From positions 930,001 through 962,000 of the forward strand of contig OY760660.1 in the NCBI GenBank assembly GCA_963663995.1: a DNA stretch of 32,000 bases, in the 5' to 3' direction. Positions 1-8,550 of this stretch are shown here, piece by piece. The position numbers and the translations under genes were made by a program. Source of the DNA: Erysipelotrichaceae bacterium (GTDB lineage Bacteria > Bacillota_I > Bacilli_A > Erysipelotrichales > Erysipelotrichaceae). How positions within the stretch are numbered: position 1 is the first letter of the stretch; each line of letters starts with the position of its first letter. The notes below the pieces were generated by a model. That model saw only the letters and a program-made list of their open reading frames with translations, had not been told where the DNA came from and did not search any database.

Positions 1-50
1 CAAAACATAATGTGCTAATTAAATATATAAAAAAATAATATTAAAACAAA

Positions 51-94
51 AAAAAGCAAAGAACTCAGTTTTAAATTAACAAGCTTTGCTTTTT
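51..94 (-). terminator. candidate intrinsic terminator after the ChW-repeat gene
   Basis: AAAAAGCAAAG (51-61) is the exact reverse complement of CTTTGCTTTTT (84-94). On the minus strand the stem is followed by a T-rich run (50->41). Weak points are the AT-rich stem and the 22-nt loop. Confidence 0.4.
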
Positions 95-131
95 ATAAAT
101 AATTAATATTCTAAAATTTCTAATTGATATT

Positions 132-1898
132 TTAACTAACAGGAGGTGTATATTGTAATATTGCATTTGAAGTTAATGCATCATTTACATTAAAATAAGC
201 TCCATTTAATATACCTTCAACAACATACCCATTTATATTTCTAGCATATGAATTATCACTTGATTCATAGTCATAGATAATTGCAGTATGTGTAGGACTT
301 GTACTAGTGACAGTGAATGTGCCTTCAATATAAGTTCCTTGCAACACTACAAATTCTTCATTATTAACTTTTGAATCTAAACTTAAAGTACTATAAGTAC
401 TTGCAGTTGAAATACCTGTTGCTAAATCAACAACAGTAGTTACAGTCAACCCAGTAAATGTATCACTTTCATCAAATGTTACATCTGCAACCATTTTCGA
501 ATTAGGATAACCATATGAAGCAACTCCATAATTGTTAAAAACAACAGGAGAATATCTTAATACTCTTGAACCGGTTAATCCATCTACCCACCAATTAATT
601 TCAACATATTTCCCTGGCACTAAAATACTGCCTAAATAAGCAACCGAACTTGTTGTGTCATTGTCATATAAAATTAATGTATGAGTTCCATTTTCATAAG
701 GAGATTGAAAACGAGTACCTGTAACAGTAAAAATTGTTGAACTTGAATCATACGTACCTGAGTATACTTCAAATTGATCAGGATCCACCATATCATCGCC
801 ATAATTATTAAAAGTATCTGGTACAGATATTGTATTTGCAGGTACATATGCAGATAAGTATGCAGTACCTAAAAATCTATCATCAATTGTAATGTTTTTA
901 TACGCTGGATCATCATCAAAATCGTCATCAGCATCAACACTATTTCTAATATCATATCCAAAACCTGTTACATTAGGTGTTGCATTTAATACAACATCAC
1001 TTACTTGAGGCTCTTCTTCTACAACAACAGTTGGAATAGCAGTTGGCGCAACAAAAACTCGTTGTACAATTTCTACTCTATAAGCTGTTAAGCGTGAACC
1101 CATTGATCCAGCTGTTTGGCCATCATAGACATATCCCCACCATTCTCCTTCTACTTGAGGTTGAATTTGAACACTGTATTGTGGTAAGTCAATCAGTCTT
1201 GCCTCTAATGCTTCAATCACAGAACCACTTGATCCTAGATTTGTACCATTTCGTGCCCAATCAGTCCATCCCTCATTTCTGAGGTATGCTCTATATTCAA
1301 TAGACCCATTATCTGCACTGATTAAACTCATCGATACTGTTTCTAAAGAGCCTGTTCCTTGTGTTTCTCCATTATGTCGTAATACTTGTGTTACTCCACC
1401 CACATTTGATTGATAGTTAACACCAATCTCATCAACTTGTACTCTAAAGCCTGTAATTGGATAAACTGAGTTTAATTGTCCTGAAGTCGCTCCATTACTC
1501 ACCCAGATACCCCAACCTAAACCTTTTCGATAGGATTGATAATAAACATTCGCATTAGGAAAGTCTTTAAGTTGGATTTGTAAACCAAGAATAGCTTCTG
1601 AGTTATTTGTTGCTGTTTCCCAGGTATTAAACCATTTAGACCAACCTGATGTTGTATAAACTCTATACTCAATACCTGATTCATAAGGACTATCAACTAA
1701 ATGAATCTCTAATGAATCAAGAGCAGCTCCGCCTTCAGTACCAGCCAATGCTCCACCATAAGCAAAGTCGCCTAGAACTCCCGCATTACCTGCTTGATAG
1801 CCAACATTAACATTATAATAATCTGTTGCTTGTACAGGTACTAATGCAAATGCTAATAAAAAGAAAGCAATAAACATTTTAAATATTTTATTAATCAT
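132..1898 (-). CDS. secreted ChW-repeat protein with a duplicated C-terminal module
   Basis: 588-aa ORF with AGGAGG (1906-1911) 7 nt upstream of the ATG. N-terminal signal peptide MINKIFKMFIAFFLLAFALVPVQA. The N-terminal half has about 6 repeats with the clostridial hydrophobic-W (ChW) signature, e.g. SIEYRAYLRNEGWTDWARNGTNLGSSGSVIEALEARL and GIEYRVYTTSGWSKWF. The C-terminal half has two related modules of about 120 aa (FNNYGDD...LRYSP and FNNYGVAS...LQYTP). Confidence 0.75.
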   Translation of the reverse strand: MINKIFKMFIAFFLLAFALVPVQATDYYNVNVGYQAGNAGVLGDFAYGGALAGTEGGAALDSLEIHLVDSPYESGIEYRVYTTSGWSKWFNTWETATNNSEAILGLQIQLKDFPNANVYYQSYRKGLGWGIWVSNGATSGQLNSVYPITGFRVQVDEIGVNYQSNVGGVTQVLRHNGETQGTGSLETVSMSLISADNGSIEYRAYLRNEGWTDWARNGTNLGSSGSVIEALEARLIDLPQYSVQIQPQVEGEWWGYVYDGQTAGSMGSRLTAYRVEIVQRVFVAPTAIPTVVVEEEPQVSDVVLNATPNVTGFGYDIRNSVDADDDFDDDPAYKNITIDDRFLGTAYLSAYVPANTISVPDTFNNYGDDMVDPDQFEVYSGTYDSSSTIFTVTGTRFQSPYENGTHTLILYDNDTTSSVAYLGSILVPGKYVEINWWVDGLTGSRVLRYSPVVFNNYGVASYGYPNSKMVADVTFDESDTFTGLTVTTVVDLATGISTASTYSTLSLDSKVNNEEFVVLQGTYIEGTFTVTSTSPTHTAIIYDYESSDNSYARNINGYVVEGILNGAYFNVNDALTSNAILQYTPPVS

Positions 1899-2030
1899 TA
1901 TTCGTCCTCCTAAAAGACTAATCTATTTACATTAACTATTATAACAATTTATATAATCTATTTTGTATAGAATATTATATTTTTATATTTATATTTATAT
2001 AAATTTCATATTATTGCATATCTTAAAAAA

Positions 2031-2056
2031 AATATTACCCATTTCTGAGTAATATT
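2031..2056 (-). terminator. candidate intrinsic terminator after the ABC exporter operon
   Basis: AATATTAC (2031-2038) pairs with GTAATATT (2049-2056) around a 10-nt loop. On the minus strand a T8 run follows (2030->2023). The stem is entirely AT-rich. Confidence 0.45.
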
Positions 2057-2063
2057 TGACTGC

Positions 2064-4580
2064 TTATTCAATAGCTTTTAATGACTCAACAAGTTCTATT
2101 TTTTTCAGTTTTCTTGATAGAATACGATTCGTGATAAAAGTAAAGAAAAAGGATAAGATTACCGCTAAACCTAACATATAAGAACTAATGGTAGAATTTA
2201 AAACAAACTCAGAAGTAGACTCTAAGTAAGCTATTAACTTAAAGAGAAGTGAACCTAGTGGTAGACCTCCAATTAGACCTAATATCCATAAGAGATAGTT
2301 TTCGGTATAAATAAGATGTCCTACTTCTTTTAAGCTATAACCAAGCACTCTTAGTGTTGCGAGTTCTCTTCTTCTTTCAAAAATATTAATCGAAGACAAG
2401 TTATAAATAACTGTAATTGATAATACAACTGAACCCAATAAGATAATATAAACAATCCGCATTAACATCCCTAAGATCTCATTCGCATTAGCTTCAAATT
2501 GAGACTTCGTATCGACACTTAATACTTCACTAAGCGCTAAAAGTGTTTGTACTTCGCTTTGTTTTTCACTGGTTGCGCTTTGAGCTACATAAGTGTCGTG
2601 GGTAAAATGAATGCCTAATTTTTGAGCATGATCTAAAGACATTATGATTTCTTTACCCATATACTGATTGGTAATGTTGGAAATGGTAAAGTGATAACTT
2701 ATATCATCTATATCTACATCAATTTTATCGCCCATGGATAATTGATGGACTTCAGCTAAAAGCGATGTCACCCAAATATCATTTGGTCCTAAATTGATTG
2801 AATTATTTGATGAATCTTTAAAATCATACAATTGAGTATGAGCTTCATATAAACTCACAATAACATTATCTTCATTATAGGTCCCAATTGTTTTAGAAAC
2901 AGCTTCAAAGTCATTGATAAAATTTGGTAAGTTTAACTGATCTTTATTAAGTTCACTTTCAAGTTTGATTGAGTAATCAAAGTTATATGTATCAACTGTC
3001 GTAAAAATCATATGACTGGCTGCATTTCTAAAGGACAGACCCATCGTTAACAATGCTATTGCACCAATGATGCCAACTGATGAAAATAACATCTTCACTT
3101 TAGAAACTTGAACATTTCTTAAAATGAGTTTAATTGTATACGGTAATTTCTTCCATAAGGATGGAATCTTTTCAAAGAGTGAACGACTGCTTTTCTTAGG
3201 TACTTTGGGACGCATCCCTTGAGCAGGAATCTCTTTTAAAATGGGTCTTAAAGCTAATAAAGTAGCGGCAGAGGCAAAATACATAGCCACCGCAAACGCT
3301 CCTAAGAAAAAGAGTGGTTGATAATGAATCACAATCTCAGGAAAAGAGAAACGTGTTTGAAAGATGGGAATAATTGCTTTAGGTATGACAATTGATCCAA
3401 GTATCGCAAACGGAATGGATCCAAATAAGACTGACCACCAAGCTTGCGATAAATAAGTAAAAGCAATCGTTTTTGGTTGTACACCCATTGCTTTAAAGAT
3501 GGCAATTTGCATTCGTTCATTTTGAACTGTTTTTGTCATTGTAATAAGAATGATGATCGCTGATACCGCAAAAAACATAAATGGGAATAAATAAGCCATG
3601 ATTGTAATCGGTAATAAGATATTAAAGACGATTGCATAGGTTGGATAATCTGCTTTTAAAATACTTTTAATTAAAATATCTTTATCATCTAAATAAGTTT
3701 CTAATTCATTGATACTTGCTTCATTTCCACGCACTAACAGTTCAGGTACTTTTAAAGTACTTTGTTCTATTGTATCGAATGCTTCAGCTTGTTTTTCTAA
3801 AACTTCAGATTTAGCACTATTCAATTGATCAATGGCTGCTTGAAGCATCTTTGCCTGTACAGCAGGTACTTGTGCTTGTTGCTTATTTAACGCATCCAAA
3901 TTTAAATTAATTTCACTTAACGCATTCGCAAACTGTTCTTCAATAGAAGCATAAGCTTCGACTATCATATCTGAGTGTTGAAGAATATTTTGTAATAGAG
4001 CATCAGAAACATATACAATCCCAAAACCTTTTTTATCACTTGCTATATCGCTATAATCTTTTGATTTGTATGCAAACTCAGGGCTATTAACAATCCCTTT
4101 AATTTCAAGTTCTTTTACTAAACCATTTAAGTTAAGTTCAATGCTGTCACCCACTCTTAAACCATTAGTTTCAACAAATGATGCATCTATTAAAACAGAT
4201 TCATCATCAAGAACATTTGAACCCTCAGCTAAATCAAAAGTATTGATATAAGATCTTTCAATAAAACGATAAGTGACTGTATGACCATTTAATGCTTGTT
4301 CTAAGTCAATATGACGACGTGAATCAATCACTAACTCAGGAAAATCAATTTGAATTTCATGAACCGTTTCTTCATCAATCATGGAAACATAGACCCATGC
4401 ATCAGCAATCTTATTCGAACCATAATAATCATCTAAAAATTGAGTTAATGAAGTAATGGTTGTTAAAAGACCCATAAAGATGGTTGTCCCAATACCAATG
4501 ATAATTACGATAGAAAGAAACTGAGAAAAATTACTCTTTATCGAACGAAATGATCTTCGTATTAAATACCTCATTACCAA
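2064..4580 (-). CDS. ABC transporter permease, FtsX/MacB-type with two FtsX modules
   Basis: 838-aa ORF. It has an N-terminal TM, a large extracytoplasmic region with a coiled-coil stretch, and an FtsX-like TM cluster (KTVQNERMQIAIFKAMGVQPKTI). A second FtsX module sits at the C-terminus (NIFERRRELATLRVLGYSLKEV). The start is coupled to the ATPase stop: TTG at 4580, or more likely ATG at 4574 in a TAATG junction. Confidence 0.85.
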   Translation of the reverse strand: MVMRYLIRRSFRSIKSNFSQFLSIVIIIGIGTTIFMGLLTTITSLTQFLDDYYGSNKIADAWVYVSMIDEETVHEIQIDFPELVIDSRRHIDLEQALNGHTVTYRFIERSYINTFDLAEGSNVLDDESVLIDASFVETNGLRVGDSIELNLNGLVKELEIKGIVNSPEFAYKSKDYSDIASDKKGFGIVYVSDALLQNILQHSDMIVEAYASIEEQFANALSEINLNLDALNKQQAQVPAVQAKMLQAAIDQLNSAKSEVLEKQAEAFDTIEQSTLKVPELLVRGNEASINELETYLDDKDILIKSILKADYPTYAIVFNILLPITIMAYLFPFMFFAVSAIIILITMTKTVQNERMQIAIFKAMGVQPKTIAFTYLSQAWWSVLFGSIPFAILGSIVIPKAIIPIFQTRFSFPEIVIHYQPLFFLGAFAVAMYFASAATLLALRPILKEIPAQGMRPKVPKKSSRSLFEKIPSLWKKLPYTIKLILRNVQVSKVKMLFSSVGIIGAIALLTMGLSFRNAASHMIFTTVDTYNFDYSIKLESELNKDQLNLPNFINDFEAVSKTIGTYNEDNVIVSLYEAHTQLYDFKDSSNNSINLGPNDIWVTSLLAEVHQLSMGDKIDVDIDDISYHFTISNITNQYMGKEIIMSLDHAQKLGIHFTHDTYVAQSATSEKQSEVQTLLALSEVLSVDTKSQFEANANEILGMLMRIVYIILLGSVVLSITVIYNLSSINIFERRRELATLRVLGYSLKEVGHLIYTENYLLWILGLIGGLPLGSLLFKLIAYLESTSEFVLNSTISSYMLGLAVILSFFFTFITNRILSRKLKKIELVESLKAIE

Positions 4581-5278
4581 GTAATCTCCGAAATATCTTT
4601 ACCAACACGAGCATACTGAATATCATCAATTAAACCATTGCGCACATGAATCACTTTATTAGCCATCTGTGCAATCGCCATATTATGGGTGATTAAAACT
4701 ACAGTTGTTTTTAAATCTTTATTTAAAGTTTGGAGTAAACCTAATACAGAACGACCTGTTTCATCATCTAATGCCCCTGTTGGCTCATCACACAACAAAA
4801 GTACAGGGTTTTTCGCAACCGCACGCGCAATCGCCACCCGTTGTTGTTCACCCCCAGATAGTTGTGAAGGAAAATTATTGGCTCTTTCACTTAAACCTAC
4901 CTTATCTAAAACTTCTTTTGAATTCAAAGCTTGTTTCTTAACAGCTGCTGCAAACTCTACATTTTCAAGAGCTGTCAAATTATTAATTAGATTATAGAAT
5001 TGGAAAATAAATCCGACTTTTTCACGTCTAAAAAGAGTCAGCTTTTTATCATTATAAGCAGCGATATTTTCATCTGAAACGATAATTTCTCCTGAAGTTA
5101 CCTTGTCCATACCGCCTAATAAATTTAGAATGGTTGACTTACCTGCGCCTGATGCCCCTAAGATAACGACAAACTCACCCTCATTAATCGTAAAATCAAT
5201 CCCTTTTAAAGCTTCTATTTTAACTTCACCCACATGGTAATGTTTAGTAACATTCTTAAATTCGATTAATGATTTCAT
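4574..5278 (-). CDS. ABC transporter ATP-binding protein (MacB/LolD-like)
   Basis: Walker A GASGAGKST, ABC signature LSGGEQQRVAIARA, Walker B LLLCDEPTGALD and H-loop ITHN are all present. The gene is translationally coupled to the downstream permease. Confidence 0.92.
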   Translation of the reverse strand: MKSLIEFKNVTKHYHVGEVKIEALKGIDFTINEGEFVVILGASGAGKSTILNLLGGMDKVTSGEIIVSDENIAAYNDKKLTLFRREKVGFIFQFYNLINNLTALENVEFAAAVKKQALNSKEVLDKVGLSERANNFPSQLSGGEQQRVAIARAVAKNPVLLLCDEPTGALDDETGRSVLGLLQTLNKDLKTTVVLITHNMAIAQMANKVIHVRNGLIDDIQYARVGKDISEITW

Positions 5279-5333
5279 AATAGTTAATTTCCTCTTTACA
5301 ATATTTTCATTATACGCCTGATAAAATCAAAAA

Positions 5334-5355
5334 AAGGAAGTTTACTAACTTCCTT
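5334..5355 (-). terminator. intrinsic terminator after the TIM-barrel gene
   Basis: AAGGAAGTT (5334-5342) and AACTTCCTT (5347-5355) form a 9-bp perfect stem with a 4-nt loop. On the minus strand a T7 run follows. Confidence 0.75.
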
Positions 5356-5368
5356 AGATACATCAATT

Positions 5369-6151
5369 TTATTGATATTTAGGTAAATCAATCATTGCTT
5401 TTTCAAGCGCTTCAATACTCTTTAATTCAACAACAATATCTATATCGTTGTATTGTGTCGCAAACTGCAATTCTTTTTTAAGGTCAATCTCACCTTCACC
5501 GAGTGGCTTGTGATCTGCTTTTCCTAAAACATCATGGAAGTGCATATGTTGAATATCACTTTGATGCGCTTTTATAAAATCATCATCAACATATTCATAT
5601 CGTTTATTATGACCACAGTCATAAGTTAAACCAAAGACATCTGATTGAAGTAAGAACTCAATTCCCTTTCTAACATAGGGTTTAAATCCTTCAGTGTTTT
5701 CACAACAAACTTTAATTCCACTATCACCAATCGCTGCTTCTACTTTATTTCTAAAGACTTGTAGACGTGATAGATAATAATCTGTATATTTTTGATAAAC
5801 ATAGATTTTTTCATTCGGTAAAGTAAAGACAACGCCTGGCAACATATGCATGGTTAATCGTTTAATATTTGCTTTCTTCGCAAACTCAATACTTTCTAAA
5901 ACCGAATTAATATAAGCGTTACTAATCTTTTCATTAGGATCAGTAATCGATAAATACTCATCTAAATGCATCGAGAAACGTATACCAGTTTCCTGGGTAA
6001 TGCGCACAAGTTCTTCAGGATCCATTTTATCCACCTGAAACTCAGGAACATTACAGTTAATCTCAATAAAATCTAAATCTAATTTTTGACAAAGGTCAAC
6101 ATTGGCGTGAAGTCCTGTTAACTCCAGCAGTGTAGGCATTCCAAATTTCAT
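5369..6151 (-). CDS. sugar phosphate isomerase/epimerase (xylose-isomerase-like TIM barrel)
   Basis: The ligand-like motifs of the AP-endonuclease-2/xylose-isomerase-like fold appear in order: LTMHM, CCENTEG, YDCGHN, HMHFHD. The ORF track starts at GTG 6166. I prefer ATG 6151 (MKFGMPTLLE), because neither start has an SD and a perfect TATAAT sits 6 nt upstream of this ATG. Confidence 0.7.
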   Translation of the reverse strand: MKFGMPTLLELTGLHANVDLCQKLDLDFIEINCNVPEFQVDKMDPEELVRITQETGIRFSMHLDEYLSITDPNEKISNAYINSVLESIEFAKKANIKRLTMHMLPGVVFTLPNEKIYVYQKYTDYYLSRLQVFRNKVEAAIGDSGIKVCCENTEGFKPYVRKGIEFLLQSDVFGLTYDCGHNKRYEYVDDDFIKAHQSDIQHMHFHDVLGKADHKPLGEGEIDLKKELQFATQYNDIDIVVELKSIEALEKAMIDLPKYQ

Positions 6152-6195
6152 GAGACCATTATACACGAAACTTAAATAAAAAAGAGGAATGATGC

Positions 6196-7209
6196 TTAAT
6201 CATCTTCCTCTTCATCATCCTCATCTTTTTCGTGATCATCATCGTCATCTTCATCTTGACTATTAGGTATATCCGATTGATCAAGATAATGAATACTTCC
6301 ATCTTCTAAAATAATCATATCGTCATCATCTCCATCATAATCAGGACCATGGTGATGGTATAAATCTTTAATATCTTCAAATAAATCTTCTAAATCAACA
6401 CCCTCAGTATTCAAACGTGCTCGATAGGCACTCACATCAATACCAGCACTTTCAGTTTCAATCAACAAAGCATTTATGATGTCCTTTAATTGATCATCAT
6501 TTTGATGCTCCGCAATTTCTTCTAATTGATCCATATACGTAGAGTTCTTCATAAATTCTGAAATACTCATCACTTCACCATTAATTGAGATCGTACGATT
6601 CACCATGTATAAGCCAAGTGAAATTTGTTGTTCTTCAGAGTTTTTAAAATCATCTTCATCAGCTTCTATGACATATGTTTTTACAGTACTATTTAAGTTC
6701 TTATTTAAATAGAGTTCTTGTTGAACATTAGATAGTAATGCTTGATTATCCGCACCAAAAGAAACACTTGAAACAACAATGACATCATTTAAAGTATCTT
6801 CAAGGTTCATGTAACCTAAGGCAATCGCTTGTTCAATCACATTATCTAAGACTAATGTAATATTCGAATTTAACCAGTTTGTAGTATCAAATTGTTTAGC
6901 TTCATTATTTAACATTTTAATATCAACCACATTTTGATCCATGTCTGTGAAAAACTCAAAACTTGGATTCACATCTACACTCACGACTGCATAAGCTCTT
7001 ACTTGATTAGGCGATAAAATCCCACCAACCACTGTAATTGGATTTGCATTAAAGAATATGAGTAAAAGCATCGCAAGACTCATCACAGGAATCATCCATG
7101 AAAACTTAAATCTTGTTTTAAGTTCTTCGGTGTTCAAAATGGATTGTAAAATACGATCTTGATTTAAATATGTTTGATCAATAGCTTGTTTTAACTTTCC
7201 CACTTTCAC
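6196..7209 (-). CDS. putative anti-sigma factor: single-pass membrane protein with a polyacidic C-terminal tail
   Basis: The gene overlaps the sigma gene stop (GTGA, 7206-7209). A second GTG at 7203 has better SD spacing (AAGGAGG 7211-7217). The protein has a short cytoplasmic N-terminus, one TM (WMIPVMSLAMLLLIFF), an ectodomain starting AYAVVSVDVNPSFEF, and the tail HHHGPDYDGDDDD...DEDDDDDHEKDEDDEEEDD. The functional call is from position and topology only. Confidence 0.55.
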   Translation of the reverse strand: MKVGKLKQAIDQTYLNQDRILQSILNTEELKTRFKFSWMIPVMSLAMLLLIFFNANPITVVGGILSPNQVRAYAVVSVDVNPSFEFFTDMDQNVVDIKMLNNEAKQFDTTNWLNSNITLVLDNVIEQAIALGYMNLEDTLNDVIVVSSVSFGADNQALLSNVQQELYLNKNLNSTVKTYVIEADEDDFKNSEEQQISLGLYMVNRTISINGEVMSISEFMKNSTYMDQLEEIAEHQNDDQLKDIINALLIETESAGIDVSAYRARLNTEGVDLEDLFEDIKDLYHHHGPDYDGDDDDMIILEDGSIHYLDQSDIPNSQDEDDDDDHEKDEDDEEEDD

Positions 7210-7721
7210 ACCTCCTTTACAATGATTTGTCTAAGTGTTTCAAGGGCTCGATAATAACGGGTCTTAACACTGTTCTCTTTAACTTTCAATTGATCTGATA
7301 TTTCTTTAAAACTCATATCAAATTTGATTTTTGCAGTTATGATTCTTTGATCTAAAGGTGTTAACTTGTTGAGTGCTTTTTCAATCCGTTCAACATCAAA
7401 CTTGTTAAAGACTGCCTCTTCTAGATCAAAATCTGCCGCAACAACATCAATTTTATCTTTCCAATCATCATCAATTAAAATTGATTTAGACTTAGATTTA
7501 TAAAATTTTGATAACTCATTTTTAGCAATTTGAATCAAATAGGCTTCAATATTATCTATTTCAATATTTTTCTTTTTAAGTTGAATATAGAAGTTGGTAA
7601 ACACATTAGAAACCACATCTTCAGCATCACTTATTTGCGGTACTTTGAAAATAACAAACTTAGATATTTGTCCAAAATACTTACGATAGATACGTTCAAA
7701 GTGGTTTATATTTACATTCAT
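7206..7721 (-). CDS. ECF-type sigma-70 family RNA polymerase sigma factor
   Basis: 171 aa. The region 2-like segment is FERIYRKYFGQISKFVIFKVPQISDAEDVVSNVF. The region 4 HTH is LTPLDQRIITAKIKFDMSFKEISDQLKVKENSVKTRYYRALETLR. Regions 1 and 3 are absent, as in ECF sigmas. The ATG lies 4 nt after the upstream stop with no SD, which suggests translational coupling. Confidence 0.85.
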   Translation of the reverse strand: MNVNINHFERIYRKYFGQISKFVIFKVPQISDAEDVVSNVFTNFYIQLKKKNIEIDNIEAYLIQIAKNELSKFYKSKSKSILIDDDWKDKIDVVAADFDLEEAVFNKFDVERIEKALNKLTPLDQRIITAKIKFDMSFKEISDQLKVKENSVKTRYYRALETLRQIIVKEV

Positions 7722-7724
7722 TGT

Positions 7725-8465
7725 TTAGTCGTCGTGTTCATCATCCTCATGATCGTCGTCATCATCATGAGATTCATAATGATCATCGTCATCATATTCA
7801 TCATGATCATCGTCATAATATTCATCATGATCGTCATCATGATCATCACCACTTACTGTAGCACCAGTTTGTGCATCCGCAGGAATGGTTGAACCAGTTG
7901 TGGTATCAGCAGGAGCTGTCGAACTTAAACTTGCAGTAGGAGTAGTACTTGTATTTGCAGTTGTTGTGTTAGTACTTGTTGTTGTATGAGTTGTGACAGA
8001 AGCACCAGTTGTTGTATCAGCAGGAGCACCTACTTGATTTGTCACAACAGTACTACCATTCGCATCAACACTTGTAATTACAGTATATACCTCACCTGTA
8101 ACTGGGTCAGTGATAACTGTTTCTGTAGTTGAACCCGCTGTTGTATCAACAGGGACTTCAACTAATTGTGTAGTGGTTGTTCCATCTGGATTAGTGACAA
8201 CAACTTCTTGAGTTGTTGTTGCGACGGTTTCAGTTGTTGCAGCTGTTTGCGTATCAGCGATTTGGGCAATATATTCATTGTATCGATCTGTAAATGAACT
8301 TAAATTAGCTAATTGCGGAATTGCTTGGACAATCAAGTTGCTTTGTCCAACATCAGATTGAATCCATTCAATCGCTTTATCCTCGATTACTCCAATCCCC
8401 ACACCAGCAGAGATTGTTCCAGATGTAATCATTGTGATCTTTAAAACGTGTAATAAATTTTTCAT
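7725..8465 (-). CDS. membrane-anchored Thr-rich protein with an Asp/His-rich C-terminal tail
   Basis: 246 aa, with SD GGGAG upstream of the ATG at 8465. It has an N-terminal hydrophobic anchor (ITMITSGTISAGVGIGVI) and a Thr-rich region with repeated P(A/V)DTT(T/A)G motifs. The C-terminus is DDHDDDHDEYYDDDHDEYDDDDHYESHDDDDDHEDDEHDD. I recognise no family. Confidence 0.7.
   Translation of the reverse strand: MKNLLHVLKITMITSGTISAGVGIGVIEDKAIEWIQSDVGQSNLIVQAIPQLANLSSFTDRYNEYIAQIADTQTAATTETVATTTQEVVVTNPDGTTTTQLVEVPVDTTAGSTTETVITDPVTGEVYTVITSVDANGSTVVTNQVGAPADTTTGASVTTHTTTSTNTTTANTSTTPTASLSSTAPADTTTGSTIPADAQTGATVSGDDHDDDHDEYYDDDHDEYDDDDHYESHDDDDDHEDDEHDD
7794..7832. repeat. 24-nt tandem coding repeat in the Asp/His tail
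   Basis: ATATTCATCATGATC occurs at 7794-7808 and again at 7818-7832. The 24-nt period equals 8 codons and encodes DDDHDEY(Y/D). It is embedded in a longer GAT/CAT-rich tract. Confidence 0.8.
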
Positions 8466-8521
8466 AAGAGAACTCCCTTTTACTAACTAAGAGTGTCTTT
8501 ATAAATAAATAGTTTTAAAAT

Positions 8522-8550
8522 AATATATTTTCGTCTAATTTTCGTTACAA
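8522..8550 (-). promoter_or_regulatory. sigma-A-like promoter for the Thr-rich/sigma/anti-sigma operon
   Basis: Read on the minus strand: TTGTAA (8550-8545), a 17-nt spacer, then TATATT (8527-8522). It lies about 57 nt upstream of the ATG at 8465. Confidence 0.5.

Noticed and set aside
1043-1282. These short ORFs all lie antisense to, or nested inside, long well-supported genes: 1043-1282, 3329-3520, 4066-4251, 4689-4997, 4705-4941, 9972-10226, 11272-11481, 12029-12412, 12621-12815, 14901-15113, 16357-16548, 19626-19868, 22769-23230, 24429-24776, 25375-25575, 27816-28001, 28583-28768 and 31256-31471.
   Set aside because: Each lies entirely within, or mostly overlaps, a CDS with clear family motifs on the other strand or frame. 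None has an SD, and their compositions mirror the host gene. They are the shadow ORFs expected in AT-rich DNA.
1983-2000. (TTATAT)x3 tandem repeat upstream of the ChW-repeat gene.
   Set aside because: It is perfect but very short, and it lies in an extremely AT-rich spacer. It cannot be distinguished from background low complexity.
7741-7860. The periodic GAT/CAT-rich repeats, considered as a possible CRISPR-like or satellite array.
   Set aside because: They are in frame within a long ORF and encode Asp/His low-complexity sequence. There is no repeat-spacer organisation.
7530-7892. A 120-aa + strand ORF with an Ile/Met/Val-rich repeat (IIMIVVIIMRFIMIIVIIF...).
   Set aside because: It is the antisense reading of the GAT/CAT-rich tract that encodes the Asp/His tail, and it overlaps the sigma gene. 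It has no start context.
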